This document shows, in pieces, positions 8,545 through 15,980 of a stretch of DNA of 22,320 bases. The translations under genes were made by a program, and so were the position numbers. The notes beneath the pieces were generated by a model. The model had not been told where the DNA came from. It worked only from the letters and a program-made list of their open reading frames with translations, and made no database searches. The stretch comes from a virus. The stretch's first letter is position 1; each line of letters begins with the position of its first letter. Where the stretch lies: the UHGV virus genome UHGV-2170153; one strand, written 5' to 3'.

Positions 8545-8693
8545 TTCCTGCGATACCACGGAAGGTTGATAGCTGATTTCATCGCTTTATTTGCTTCAAG
8601 CCACATTTTTGAATCACCAATAAAGCTGGCTATTACTGCTTTGTTTTGTGCTGCACGAAGCATCTGGTGATTGATGGCTATTTCATTGCGCAT
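8541..8693 (-). CDS. kil: Kil-like host-killing/FtsZ-inhibitor protein (50 aa)
   Basis: MRNEIAINHQMLRAAQNKAVIASFIGDSKMWLEANKAMKSAINLPWYRRK; shares the SFIGDxKM core with lambda Kil (memory); GAGG RBS; below the ORF-track length cutoff. Confidence 0.6.
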   Translation of the reverse strand: MRNEIAINHQMLRAAQNKAVIASFIGDSKMWLEANKAMKSAINLPWYRRK

Positions 8694-8809
8694 AATAAGA
8701 CCTCAACTCTTTTCCATCCGTCACGTAATTTACGGGTGATTCGTTCAAGTAAAGATTCATTTAGTTGGAAGGCACCCATGCGAGCGCCTCCCGCGATTGC
8801 GTAAATCAT
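8678..8809 (-). CDS. cIII: cIII-like protease (FtsH) inhibitor (43 aa)
   Basis: MIYAIAGGARMGAFQLNESLLERITRKLRDGWKRVEVLLCAMK; conserved core ESLLERITRKLRDGWKR as in lambda CIII; AAGGAA RBS; found by manual translation. Confidence 0.7.
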   Translation of the reverse strand: MIYAIAGGARMGAFQLNESLLERITRKLRDGWKRVEVLLCAMK

Positions 8810-8832
8810 GGGTGGTTCCTTATGTTGGTTTA

Positions 8833-9801
8833 TTAGTAGGTTATTTTTGTTGCGAATACTTCGCCTTTTACGATGGCTGTTATGATATTTTTAGCAACAT
8901 CTTCTGATGCGCCAACCTTGATAATGTCAGCAAGTATTTTGTTATTTACTTCTTTCCGGTGAGCTTTATCCTTTGCTCTACGCTCTTCTTCGTCCTTGAT
9001 TCTTTTTTCTTCTGCTATTCTGGCTTGCTCTTTTGCTTCAGCCTCGCGCCGGATTCGTTCAGCCTCCTCCTGTGCTTTTCGGCGTTCTGCTTCAATTGCC
9101 GCCTGCTTTTCTCTTTCAGCTCGTTCTGCTGCCTCTTTTGCTTCGCGCTGTGCTCGTTGCTCGGCTTCAATGCGTTCACGCTCTGCACGTTCCGCTGCGG
9201 CCTTAGCTTCTGCTTCTCGCCTTGCTGCTGCTTCAATTTCGGCTTTTGCCTTTGCTTCGGCTTCTGCTCTGGCTTTCTCTTCAGCTTCTCTTTTTAAGCG
9301 TTCTTCATGCTCTCGCTTTTCCTGCTCCGCTTTGAGTCTTGCCTCTTCTCTTTGGCGGTCAAATTCGCGATCCATCAAAATCGCTATTTCATGGTCAGAC
9401 TCAATTTGCTTTGCGAGAGCTTCAGCTGCTGCCTTAGCTTCTTCTTCGGCTTTAATCCGTGCCTGTTCCTCCTCATAATCAGTAAGAGGCTGGCGCGCCT
9501 TGGCTTTCAGTTCATCAAGGCGATCGCGCACTGTCTTGCGGTTAGCATCAATTAGCTTTGGAATTTCCTTCAGTTCAGCAACAAGGTCTTTGCCAAGACC
9601 ATCGAGATATGTTTTCGTCTGCGCAACTTTATACGCCAGAGAAGCGATCTCCTTTCTGCCCTTTGCCGTTGTGATATCAGGCACAAAGGACATAACTTCA
9701 CGTTCAACCTTTTGGAGAATTTCTTCAATCTGGTCGGCAGACTGAAATACAGTCATCGCATTTGCTTTTTCAATAACAACTAAATCTGTTACTTCACTCA
9801 T
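8833..9801 (-). CDS. Coiled-coil Ala/Glu/Lys/Arg-rich phage protein of unknown function (322 aa)
   Basis: ATG at 9801 with GGAGGA 4 nt upstream (the track's upstream M at 9897 lacks an RBS); long low-complexity central region EAEAKAKAEIEAAARREAEAKAAAERAERERIEAEQRAQREAKE... Confidence 0.75.
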   Translation of the reverse strand: MSEVTDLVVIEKANAMTVFQSADQIEEILQKVEREVMSFVPDITTAKGRKEIASLAYKVAQTKTYLDGLGKDLVAELKEIPKLIDANRKTVRDRLDELKAKARQPLTDYEEEQARIKAEEEAKAAAEALAKQIESDHEIAILMDREFDRQREEARLKAEQEKREHEERLKREAEEKARAEAEAKAKAEIEAAARREAEAKAAAERAERERIEAEQRAQREAKEAAERAEREKQAAIEAERRKAQEEAERIRREAEAKEQARIAEEKRIKDEEERRAKDKAHRKEVNNKILADIIKVGASEDVAKNIITAIVKGEVFATKITY

Positions 9802-10092
9802 ATATCCTCCATCAAAAAAAATCGCCCTCACACTGGAGGGAAAAGAAGATTTCCAATAATCAGAACAAGTCGGCTCCTGTTTAGTTACGAGCGACATTGC
9901 TCACATAGCAGACTCGTAAATCTGCTATAGGCGCTTATTCGCATCGCATGACAACATCAAATTTTTCGAGATTACTTTGTCGCAACAATCCTTTTTCTAC
10001 GCGGTCAGCTTTTCTATAATTATCAAATTAGAAATGTTTAATTACTTCTTTCGTTTCTCGCTCTATAACTTCAACAATGTATTTCTTATTCA

Positions 10093-10371
10093 TCATTCTT
10101 CCCCCAGAGCCTTGCTGATGGCTGCCTTGGCTCGTTTGTATTCGGTTAACTCTCTGCACCCTTCGTCATGCTCGTAAATGAAGACAAGCTCTTGCAGTGC
10201 TTCAAGCAAATCAGGAGCTGCTGCTATCAGTAGCGCATCCTCCCTTTCATTTCTTGTTGCTGCTTCAATGTATGTGTCACCAATCGTCACACCATGGAAC
10301 GTAGTCATCATCTCGTTGACGTTTCTAACCGTGTACTTCCATTTACCAGGCGTACCCTTAAACTCTTTCAT
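10093..10371 (-). CDS. Hypothetical early-left protein (92 aa)
   Basis: ATG at 10371 with GAGG 5 nt upstream (track begins at in-frame GTG 10377); MKEFKGTPGKWKYTVRNVNEMMTTFHGVTIGDTYIEAATRNEREDALLIAAAPDLLEALQELVFIYEHDEGCRELTEYKRAKAAISKALGEE. Confidence 0.65.
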   Translation of the reverse strand: MKEFKGTPGKWKYTVRNVNEMMTTFHGVTIGDTYIEAATRNEREDALLIAAAPDLLEALQELVFIYEHDEGCRELTEYKRAKAAISKALGEE

Positions 10372-10393
10372 ATCCACCTCTGTTGTTTATGCC

Positions 10394-10419
10394 AAAAATA
10401 AAGGCCGACTATGCGGCCT
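10394..10419 (-). terminator. Candidate intrinsic terminator (tL1-like) on the pL transcript
   Basis: Minus-strand hairpin AGGCCG-catagt-CGGCCT followed by TTATTTTTGG; lies between the membrane-protein ORF and the 92-aa gene. Confidence 0.5.
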
Positions 10420-10423
10420 GAAA

Positions 10424-10735
10424 TTACTTAACCAATGATGCCGCATATTCAATTAGGAATAACTTAGGTGCAAGCCAAATCTTCAACCATTCGAAATTGA
10501 AGGCAATAATTAAAACACCCATAATTGAGCCAAATATAGGAACAAATACAGTGCATATATCGTAATAAACCGAAGATATAAAATGTTCATCATTTGGACG
10601 TCCATCGAAAGACGTCCATCTCTCGCCATTATTTCTTGCCGTTCTTGCAAAACTAGGAAGTTTAATTGCTGCAATTAAAAGCAACAATCCAGCCACTTGG
10701 AAAAGTGCGCTATGGACAAAACTCCATATTAGCAA
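10424..10735 (-). CDS. Putative membrane protein, possibly SieB-like superinfection exclusion; start uncertain (TTG) or gene disrupted
   Basis: Two hydrophobic segments (VHSALFQVAGLLLLIAAI, VFVPIFGSIMGVLIIAF); open frame extends upstream to 10849 with no ATG/GTG; position directly after N matches sieB in lambda/P22. Confidence 0.45.
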   Translation of the reverse strand: MLIWSFVHSALFQVAGLLLLIAAIKLPSFARTARNNGERWTSFDGRPNDEHFISSVYYDICTVFVPIFGSIMGVLIIAFNFEWLKIWLAPKLFLIEYAASLVK

Positions 10736-10854
10736 CTGATGAACAACATCAGGAATCTGTGCCTGGCTAAATGAAACAGCCGCGTCTATTCCATTGCTGG
10801 CTTTTTGCAGTAGTTCTACGAGAATCTTGTTTGCTTGTTCTTCTACATCTCACC

Positions 10855-11190
10855 TCAAATAAGTGGTTTGCTGCCTAATTTCATTTTTTGGCGACCAACA
10901 CAAGTCACCCCCATTTCACTGCGTGGCTTGCGGTAGTAAATACGGTTCTGTTTACGCTCGACTTCTTCTGCCTTCTTGCAGCGAAGGCTTCCGAGTGATG
11001 CTGCTTTTTCAGAAAGGCTTAAACGCTTTCTTGGGGCTTCCTGAACAGGTTCCTCACTGTCTGTGCCGAAGATCGAATCGATGATGTTGCATATAGCATC
11101 ACGCTCGATAGCCAGCTTTCTGCGCCGCTCATGACGGCGAGTTTTGGCATTTCCTGCAAATGTTGATTTCCCGTACACGATTACCGTCAT
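10855..11190 (-). CDS. N: Antitermination protein N with P22-type arginine-rich motif (111 aa)
   Basis: MTVIVYGKSTFAGNAKTRRHERRRKLAIERD... (ARM GNAKTRRHERRRKLAIER as in P22 gp24); C-terminus ...YYRKPRSEMGVTCVGRQKMKLGSKPLI resembles lambda N; GAGGAAAA RBS; track start at 11274 lacks an RBS. Confidence 0.85.
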   Translation of the reverse strand: MTVIVYGKSTFAGNAKTRRHERRRKLAIERDAICNIIDSIFGTDSEEPVQEAPRKRLSLSEKAASLGSLRCKKAEEVERKQNRIYYRKPRSEMGVTCVGRQKMKLGSKPLI

Positions 11191-11309
11191 GATGTTTTCC
11201 TCATGTGAAATGGCTTTGGTGGTGATGCGCCAGATGCTGATCTTCTGGTTGCTGTCGTTGCAGCTGCAATTCACATCACCGCCAAACCCATCTCGTTTGG
11301 TATCTGTTT

Positions 11310-11343
11310 GCGCTTTGTCAGCGCCCCATCGAAGTTAAAGAGC
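11310..11343 (-). promoter_or_regulatory. nutL: nutL: boxA (11343..11334, GCTCTTTAAC) and P22-type boxB hairpin GCGCTGACAAAGCGC (11324..11310)
   Basis: Minus-strand boxA-like GGCTCTTTAAC, 9-nt spacer, then boxB with GACAA pentaloop; located between pL and N. Confidence 0.8.
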
Positions 11344-11382
11344 CTGCCAATCTGTTCCGTTTGGCGTCCTGCTGATGGCTAA

Positions 11383-11411
11383 ATAGTACGATGTGTACTT
11401 TATTGAGTCAA
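11383..11411 (-). promoter_or_regulatory. pL promoter candidate (-35 TTGACT, 17-bp spacer, -10 TACTAT) embedded in operator-like repeats
   Basis: Minus-strand TTGACT (plus 11406..11411) and TACTAT (plus 11383..11388); upstream of nutL and N. Confidence 0.6.
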
Positions 11412-11474
11412 TACAAAATGTTCTAAATGCGGTTAGTTTTTTATAACACTTTGTATTTTATTGATTTATATTTT

Positions 11475-11506
11475 GGAAAAAGAAAACCCGACGCTAAGGT
11501 CGGGTT
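11475..11506 (-). terminator. Intrinsic terminator downstream of cI
   Basis: Minus-strand hairpin AACCCGAC-cttagc-GTCGGGTT followed by TTCTTTTTCC; separates the cI transcript from pL. Confidence 0.65.
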
Positions 11507-11536
11507 ATTGTTGTGTGTTTTAGAGTGGTGAGGCTG

Positions 11537-12190
11537 TTAACTAAATGTCTCTTCAGGCCACTGGCTGGCGATAACTTTCCCTACTACGGAACAGCTATCA
11601 TTGCATGGGATCATTGGATATTGCGGGTTTAGTGGTTGTAGGAACACCTGACCGCTATCCCTGATCAGTTTCTTGAAGGTAAACTCGTCACCACCAAGTC
11701 TGGCTATGCAGAAATCACCTGGCTCAACAGCCTGCTCAGGGTCAACGAGAATTAACATCCCGTCAGGAAAGCTTGGCTTGGATCCTGTTGGTGCGGTCAT
11801 GGAATTACCTTCAACTTCAAGCCAAAACGCACAATCACTGGCTTTTTTGGTTGTGCTGACCCATCTCTCCGCATCGCCTTTGGTAAAGGTTCTAAGCTCA
11901 GGCGAGAACATCCCGGCCTGAACATGAGAAAAAACAGGGTACTCATATTGTTTTTTAACGGGGGCAGATGAGTATTCGCCAACAGGTGAAAATGTACCGT
12001 CGTGGTTGAATGAGACGTTATCAATACCAAGGTATTTAAACACCACACCAATCTCGTCAAGAGATGGATGACGAGATCCGCGCAACCAGTGACCAATTCC
12101 ACCCTGCGTCATACCAAGCTCTTCAGCTAACTTCTCTTGAGTTATGCCGAGCTCTTTCATTCTGGATCTAGCCAGTTCATACCATTTCAT
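11537..12190 (-). CDS. cI: CI repressor, chimeric: heterologous HTH N-terminal domain fused to lambda-type C-terminal dimerisation/autocleavage domain (218 aa)
   Basis: C-terminal ~120 aa nearly identical to lambda cI ([37 protein letters not shown]...[11 protein letters not shown]); N-terminal [36 protein letters not shown] is a different HTH; start chosen at 12190 (AAGGG 7 nt upstream; 12196 also possible). Confidence 0.9.
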   Translation of the reverse strand: MKWYELARSRMKELGITQEKLAEELGMTQGGIGHWLRGSRHPSLDEIGVVFKYLGIDNVSFNHDGTFSPVGEYSSAPVKKQYEYPVFSHVQAGMFSPELRTFTKGDAERWVSTTKKASDCAFWLEVEGNSMTAPTGSKPSFPDGMLILVDPEQAVEPGDFCIARLGGDEFTFKKLIRDSGQVFLQPLNPQYPMIPCNDSCSVVGKVIASQWPEETFS

Positions 12191-12252
12191 TTTCATACCC
12201 TTATTATTACGCTCTGTACTAAAACCATCCATGCACAAGATGTATTTTTTGT

Positions 12253-12281
12253 TTGCATTCCAAAAGTACATATCGTATTAT
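12253..12281 (+). promoter_or_regulatory. pR promoter candidate (-35 TTGCAT, 17-bp spacer, -10 TATTAT) with overlapping operator-like repeats
   Basis: TTGCAT 12253..12258 and TATTAT 12276..12281, ~20 nt upstream of the cro RBS. Confidence 0.6.
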
Positions 12282-12307
12282 TGTTTCATGGTTACTATGG
12301 AGGGCAT

Positions 12308-12523
12308 ATGAGCAACCTACGAAAATATCGAGAGTCACTGAATATCTCTCAAACAACACTTGCTAAGGCGGTTGGATGCACACAGGGAGCTATCGGACAT
12401 TGGGAATCTGGTCGTCGCTTCCCAGACCTTAAAACATGCCGTGCTCTTGTTGCGTGCCTAAACAAGTTAGGCGCAAAAGTCAGTCTTGATGACGTGTTCC
12501 CACCGGAACACAAAGCCGCTTAA
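12308..12523 (+). CDS. cro: Cro-like HTH repressor (71 aa)
   Basis: ATG at 12308 with GGAGGG RBS; MSNLRKYRESLNISQTTLAKAVGCTQGAIGHWESGRRFP... HTH; divergent from cI. Confidence 0.85.
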   Translation: MSNLRKYRESLNISQTTLAKAVGCTQGAIGHWESGRRFPDLKTCRALVACLNKLGAKVSLDDVFPPEHKAA

Positions 12524-12533
12524 TAAGCGGATC

Positions 12534-12568
12534 CGCTCTTTATCAATCTGCACCGCCGACAACGCGGT
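12534..12568 (+). promoter_or_regulatory. nutR: nutR: boxA CGCTCTTTA (12534..12542) and P22-type boxB ACCGCCGACAACGCGGT (12552..12568)
   Basis: Consensus boxA, 9-nt spacer, boxB hairpin with GACAA loop, just downstream of cro. Confidence 0.8.
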
Positions 12569-12580
12569 AACTAATTAATC

Positions 12581-12610
12581 ACTCATCGAAAGATGAGTAT
12601 TAGTGATTAT
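12581..12610 (+). terminator. Possible tR1-region hairpin
   Basis: ACTCATC-gaaa-GATGAGT stem nested within AATCACT...AGTGATT, followed by ATTATTT. Confidence 0.3.
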
Positions 12611-12632
12611 TTACCTATGGAAATAGTAAGAA

Positions 12633-12929
12633 ATGGAACAAACAAGTTACAGCAAACTATCACAGCGCGACGTTGATCGCGCTGAAACAGATTTACTCAT
12701 CAACCTGTCAACGCTTACACAGCGCGGTCTGGCAAAGATGATTGGCTGTCATGAATCGAAGATAAGCAGAACGGACTGGAGATTTATTGCTTCGGTCTTG
12801 TGTGCTTTCGGAATGGCATCAGACATCAGTCCGATTAGCAGGGCTTTTAAGTATGCGCTTGATGGAATCACAAAGAAAAAATCCCCGGTGGCCGCCGGGG
12901 ACTCTAAGCAAATTGATATGCAATTCTGA
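12633..12929 (+). CDS. cII: CII-like transcriptional activator (98 aa)
   Basis: ...KISRTDWRFIASVLCAFG...ITKKKSPVAAGDSKQIDMQF parallels lambda CII (...KKRPAATERSEQIQMEF); position after cro/nutR. Confidence 0.8.
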   Translation: MEQTSYSKLSQRDVDRAETDLLINLSTLTQRGLAKMIGCHESKISRTDWRFIASVLCAFGMASDISPISRAFKYALDGITKKKSPVAAGDSKQIDMQF

Positions 12930-12961
12930 GGGAATTACTGGATCAATCCACAGGAGTCATT

Positions 12962-13807
12962 ATGACAAATACAGCAAAAATACTCAACTTCGGCAGAGGT
13001 AACTTTGCCGAACAGGAGCTAAGAGTGGCTGATATCGATGATGGTTACACCAGATTCGCTAACGAGCTGCTGGAAGCTATCGCAAGTGCCGATTTAACCG
13101 CTCGCCAGTTGAAAGTTATGCTGGCCTACGTCCGGAAAACATATGGATTCAATAAGAAAACAGATCGAATAGCCGATGAGCAAATTGCTCAGTTAACAGG
13201 ACTGTCAAGGCAGAATGTTAACAAGGCTAAAAAAGAACTGATTTCAATGAATTGCCTGTTTATGGATGGAAATAAAATCGGTGTAAACAGGGAGGTATCT
13301 GCGTGGCAATTCAGCAAGTGTCTCCAAGTTAGCAACTTTGTCTCGAAGTTAGAGACAAAAAATGTCTCCAAATTAGAGACACTCAATGTCTCGAAGTTAG
13401 AGACACACAAAAGACATTCTTTAAAGACAAAAGAAAATATTAATAAACCCCCTATATCCCCCAAAAAAATTTCTCAGAAGTTCGACCCGCTAGAAACAGA
13501 GTTGCCTGATTGGTTATCGGCAGAAACATGGTTGTCGTGGGTTACCTATCGCAAGGAGATAGGTAAGTCGATCAAGTCTAAGCAAAGCGTCACTCAGGCT
13601 ATCAACGTTCTAAGCAGAAGTCTGGAGAAGGGATATACACCTGAAGAAATTATAAACCAGAGCATCGCCAGTGGTTGGCAGGGGATTTTTGAACCCAAGA
13701 CTCCAAAGGGGAAATCTCAACCGAGGCCGCAGCAGCGAGCTATGCAGGAAAACTTTGCCGCCAAAGATTACGGGCAAACTGAAATGCCTTCATGGGCGCA
13801 GGAGTGA
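12962..13807 (+). CDS. O: Replication initiator O-like protein (281 aa)
   Basis: MTNTAKILNFGRGNFAEQELRVADIDDGYTRFANELLEA... matches lambda O N-terminus; AGGAG RBS; iterons inside the gene. Confidence 0.9.
   Translation: MTNTAKILNFGRGNFAEQELRVADIDDGYTRFANELLEAIASADLTARQLKVMLAYVRKTYGFNKKTDRIADEQIAQLTGLSRQNVNKAKKELISMNCLFMDGNKIGVNREVSAWQFSKCLQVSNFVSKLETKNVSKLETLNVSKLETHKRHSLKTKENINKPPISPKKISQKFDPLETELPDWLSAETWLSWVTYRKEIGKSIKSKQSVTQAINVLSRSLEKGYTPEEIINQSIASGWQGIFEPKTPKGKSQPRPQQRAMQENFAAKDYGQTEMPSWAQE
13319..13470. repeat. ori: Origin of replication: four ~19-bp iterons (TGTCTC-N7-GAGACA type, e.g. tgtctcgaagttagagaca) followed by an A/T-rich tract
   Basis: Iterons start near 13319, 13339, 13363, 13387; A/T-rich 13406..13470; encode VSKLET repeats within O. 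Confidence 0.8.
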
Positions 13808-13809
13808 AC

Positions 13810-14655
13810 ATGACGCTGGATGAAAAGATCTCCCAACTGGAGAAAAAACTTGCAGAATTGAGTTCTCCGCCAATTGCTATCGAGCATACAGCTGTAGAAA
13901 TTGGCACTGGCATCTGTGAAAAACATGGTGAGTTTGAGCAGCGTAACCGTTACTCGACTGGGCCAATTAAGTTTGCCTCAAGACCTAGCGAATGCCCGGA
14001 ATGCATGAGAGATGAGCTTATTCGGCTACAGGCAGAGAAGATTAAAATCGACGAAGAATCACGTAAGCGCAATGTCGAGTTTCTGTTGAATAATCTTGAT
14101 ATTCCTGAACGATTCAAGGGTTGCACACTACAGAACTACGAGCCAGTCAACGACGATGCAAAGAGAGTGCTCAGGGTGTGTCAGGCATACGCCAGCAAAT
14201 GGCCTGAGAGGTTACAGAAAGGCGGTGGGCTGGTTATGTGCGGAAAGCCTGGTACTGGAAAGAATCATCTTGCACTGGCTATCGCCCGGCACGCAATTAC
14301 GGAACATCAAAGCTCAGCTATTTTCACAACGGCGCTGAAAATTGCCAGAGAATATAAATCAACATGGTCTAAAAACTCCACCCGCACAGAGGATGAAGTG
14401 ATCCGACAGTTCACTAAACCTGACCTGCTAATTATCGATGAGGTTGGTGTGCAGTTTGGAAGCGAGGCGGAAAAGATGATCATGTTCGAAATCATCAACA
14501 CCCGCTACGAGTGCATGAAGCCAACAATCCTGATTAGCAACCAGAGCAAAGATGAACTGTCTGCATTCATTGGTGAGCGTGTTATTGACAGGATGAATGA
14601 TGGCGGCGGGTGCACTCTTGCGTTTACATGGGATAGTTACAGGAGCAGATCGTGA
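13810..14655 (+). CDS. DnaC/IstB-type helicase loader ATPase (281 aa), in place of lambda P
   Basis: Walker A GKPGTGKNHLALAI and Walker B DLLIIDEVG; ATG 13810 with GGAG 6 nt upstream; track start 13792 overlaps O and is rejected. Confidence 0.85.
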   Translation: MTLDEKISQLEKKLAELSSPPIAIEHTAVEIGTGICEKHGEFEQRNRYSTGPIKFASRPSECPECMRDELIRLQAEKIKIDEESRKRNVEFLLNNLDIPERFKGCTLQNYEPVNDDAKRVLRVCQAYASKWPERLQKGGGLVMCGKPGTGKNHLALAIARHAITEHQSSAIFTTALKIAREYKSTWSKNSTRTEDEVIRQFTKPDLLIIDEVGVQFGSEAEKMIMFEIINTRYECMKPTILISNQSKDELSAFIGERVIDRMNDGGGCTLAFTWDSYRSRS

Positions 14656-14942
14656 CTGGAAAAGAAATCATCCTGGAATATCTGAAAACTCATGAACAAT
14701 TCTCCCCACATGAATTAGCACTGATCACCGGAATACCAAATAACAGAATCGCTCAAGCAGCAAGGCATATGGTGAAACAAGGGAATTTGAGTGTTGTTGA
14801 GCGTAAGTGGAAGACGGTTATTTATGCAAAACGCAAAGTGAAGAAGGAGCCAATTAAAAGAAATCCAGATGGTACGGGGTGGGGATGTGCAAATCCAATG
14901 ACGGCGTTTATTAATAGGGCGCTTATGGAGGTAAGGCAATGA
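14652..14942 (+). CDS. ren: Ren-like protein (96 aa, GTG start)
   Basis: MTGKEIILEYLKTHEQFSPHELALITG... parallels lambda Ren N-terminus (MTGKEAIIHYLGTHNSF, memory); AGGAG RBS; GTGA overlap with loader stop. Confidence 0.75.
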   Translation: MTGKEIILEYLKTHEQFSPHELALITGIPNNRIAQAARHMVKQGNLSVVERKWKTVIYAKRKVKKEPIKRNPDGTGWGCANPMTAFINRALMEVRQ

Positions 14943-14966
14943 CCATCTACATCACTGAGCTAATAA

Positions 14967-15000
14967 CAGGCCTGCTGGTAATCGCAGGCCTTTTTATTTG
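14967..15000 (+). terminator. Intrinsic terminator (tR2-like)
   Basis: AGGCCTGC-tggtaatc-GCAGGCCT followed by TTTTTATTTG. Confidence 0.8.
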
Positions 15001-15015
15001 GGGGAGAGGGAAGTC

Positions 15016-15456
15016 ATGAAAAAACTAACCTTTGAAATTCGATCTCCAGCACATCAGCAAAACGCTATTCACGCGGTACAGCAAATTCTTCCAGACCCAA
15101 CCAAACCAATCGTAGTAACCATTCAGGAACGCAACCGCAGCTTAGACCAAAATCGGAAGCTTTGGGCTTGCCTTGGTGACGTCTCTCGTCAGGTTGAATG
15201 GCATGGTCGCTGGCTGGATGCAGAAAGCTGGAAGTGTGTGTTTACCGCAGCATTAAAGCAGCAGGACGTTGTTCCTAACCTTGCCGGGAATGGCTTTGTG
15301 GTAATAGGCCAGTCAACCAGCAGGATGCGTGTAAGCGAATTTGCGGAGCTATTAGAGCTTATACAGGCATTCGGTACAGAGCGTGGCGTTAAGTGGTCAG
15401 ACGAAGCGCGACTGGCTCTCGAATGGAAAGCGCGATGGGGAGATCGGGCTGCATGA
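15016..15456 (+). CDS. ninB: NinB/Orf recombination protein (146 aa)
   Basis: MKKLTFEIRSPAHQQNAIHAVQQILPDPTKPIVVTIQERNRSLDQNRKLWACLGDVSRQVEWHG... matches lambda NinB. Confidence 0.92.
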   Translation: MKKLTFEIRSPAHQQNAIHAVQQILPDPTKPIVVTIQERNRSLDQNRKLWACLGDVSRQVEWHGRWLDAESWKCVFTAALKQQDVVPNLAGNGFVVIGQSTSRMRVSEFAELLELIQAFGTERGVKWSDEARLALEWKARWGDRAA

Positions 15457-15980
15457 CTATCAAATCAAATACGCCAGCACACGACAAGGACTGCTGGCAA
15501 ACGCCGCTTTGGCTTTTTGATGCACTGGATATTGAGTTTGGATTCTGGCTGGATTCGGCAGCGAGCGACAAAAATGCTCTGTGTGCTCACTGGCTAACTG
15601 AGGCCGACGACGCGCTCAATTCTGAGTGGGTAAGCCACGGTGCAATCTGGAATAACCCACCGTACAGCAATATCAGGCCGTGGGTGGAAAAAGCTGCTGA
15701 GCAGTGCATACAACAGCGACAGACGGTAGTTATGCTTGTGCCAGAGGATATGTCAGTCGGATGGTTCAGCAAGGCTCTGGAGAGTGTCGACGAAGTTCGC
15801 ATTATCACTGATGGACGGATTAATTTTATCGAACCATCGACAGGGCTGGAGAAGAAGGGAAACAGCAAAGGCTCCATGCTGCTGATTTGGCGACCGTTCA
15901 TCAGTCCTCGACGGATGTTTACTACCGTATCCAAAGCGGCATTGATGGCGATCGGGCAGGGTGTCAGGAGGGCGGCATGA
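15453..15980 (+). CDS. DNA N6-adenine methyltransferase, phage Dam-like (175 aa)
   Basis: NPPY motif ([10 protein letters not shown]); ATGA overlap with ninB stop; typical nin-region methylase. Confidence 0.85.
   Translation: MTIKSNTPAHDKDCWQTPLWLFDALDIEFGFWLDSAASDKNALCAHWLTEADDALNSEWVSHGAIWNNPPYSNIRPWVEKAAEQCIQQRQTVVMLVPEDMSVGWFSKALESVDEVRIITDGRINFIEPSTGLEKKGNSKGSMLLIWRPFISPRRMFTTVSKAALMAIGQGVRRAA

Noticed and set aside
8959-9745. Plus-strand ORFs (Ser/Ala/Cys/Phe-rich, 82-160 aa) and minus-strand 73-aa ORF inside the coiled-coil gene
   Set aside because: Produced by the low-complexity repeat DNA; antisense or out of frame to the RBS-supported 322-aa gene.
10029-10093. 21-codon ORF (MNKKYIVEVIERETKEVIKHF) starting at the TGATG overlap with the 92-aa gene stop
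   Set aside because: Too short and unconserved-looking to call; could be a coupled micro-ORF but there is no supporting evidence.
12137-12307. Upstream extension of the cro ORF (128 aa in the track)
   Set aside because: Runs through the pR/OR region; the genuine start is ATG 12308 with a GGAGGG RBS.
12525-12538. Perfect 12-bp palindrome AGCGGATCCGCT overlapping nutR boxA
   Set aside because: Probably coincidental, formed by the cro stop region plus boxA; no paired element or U-tract to suggest a terminator or operator.
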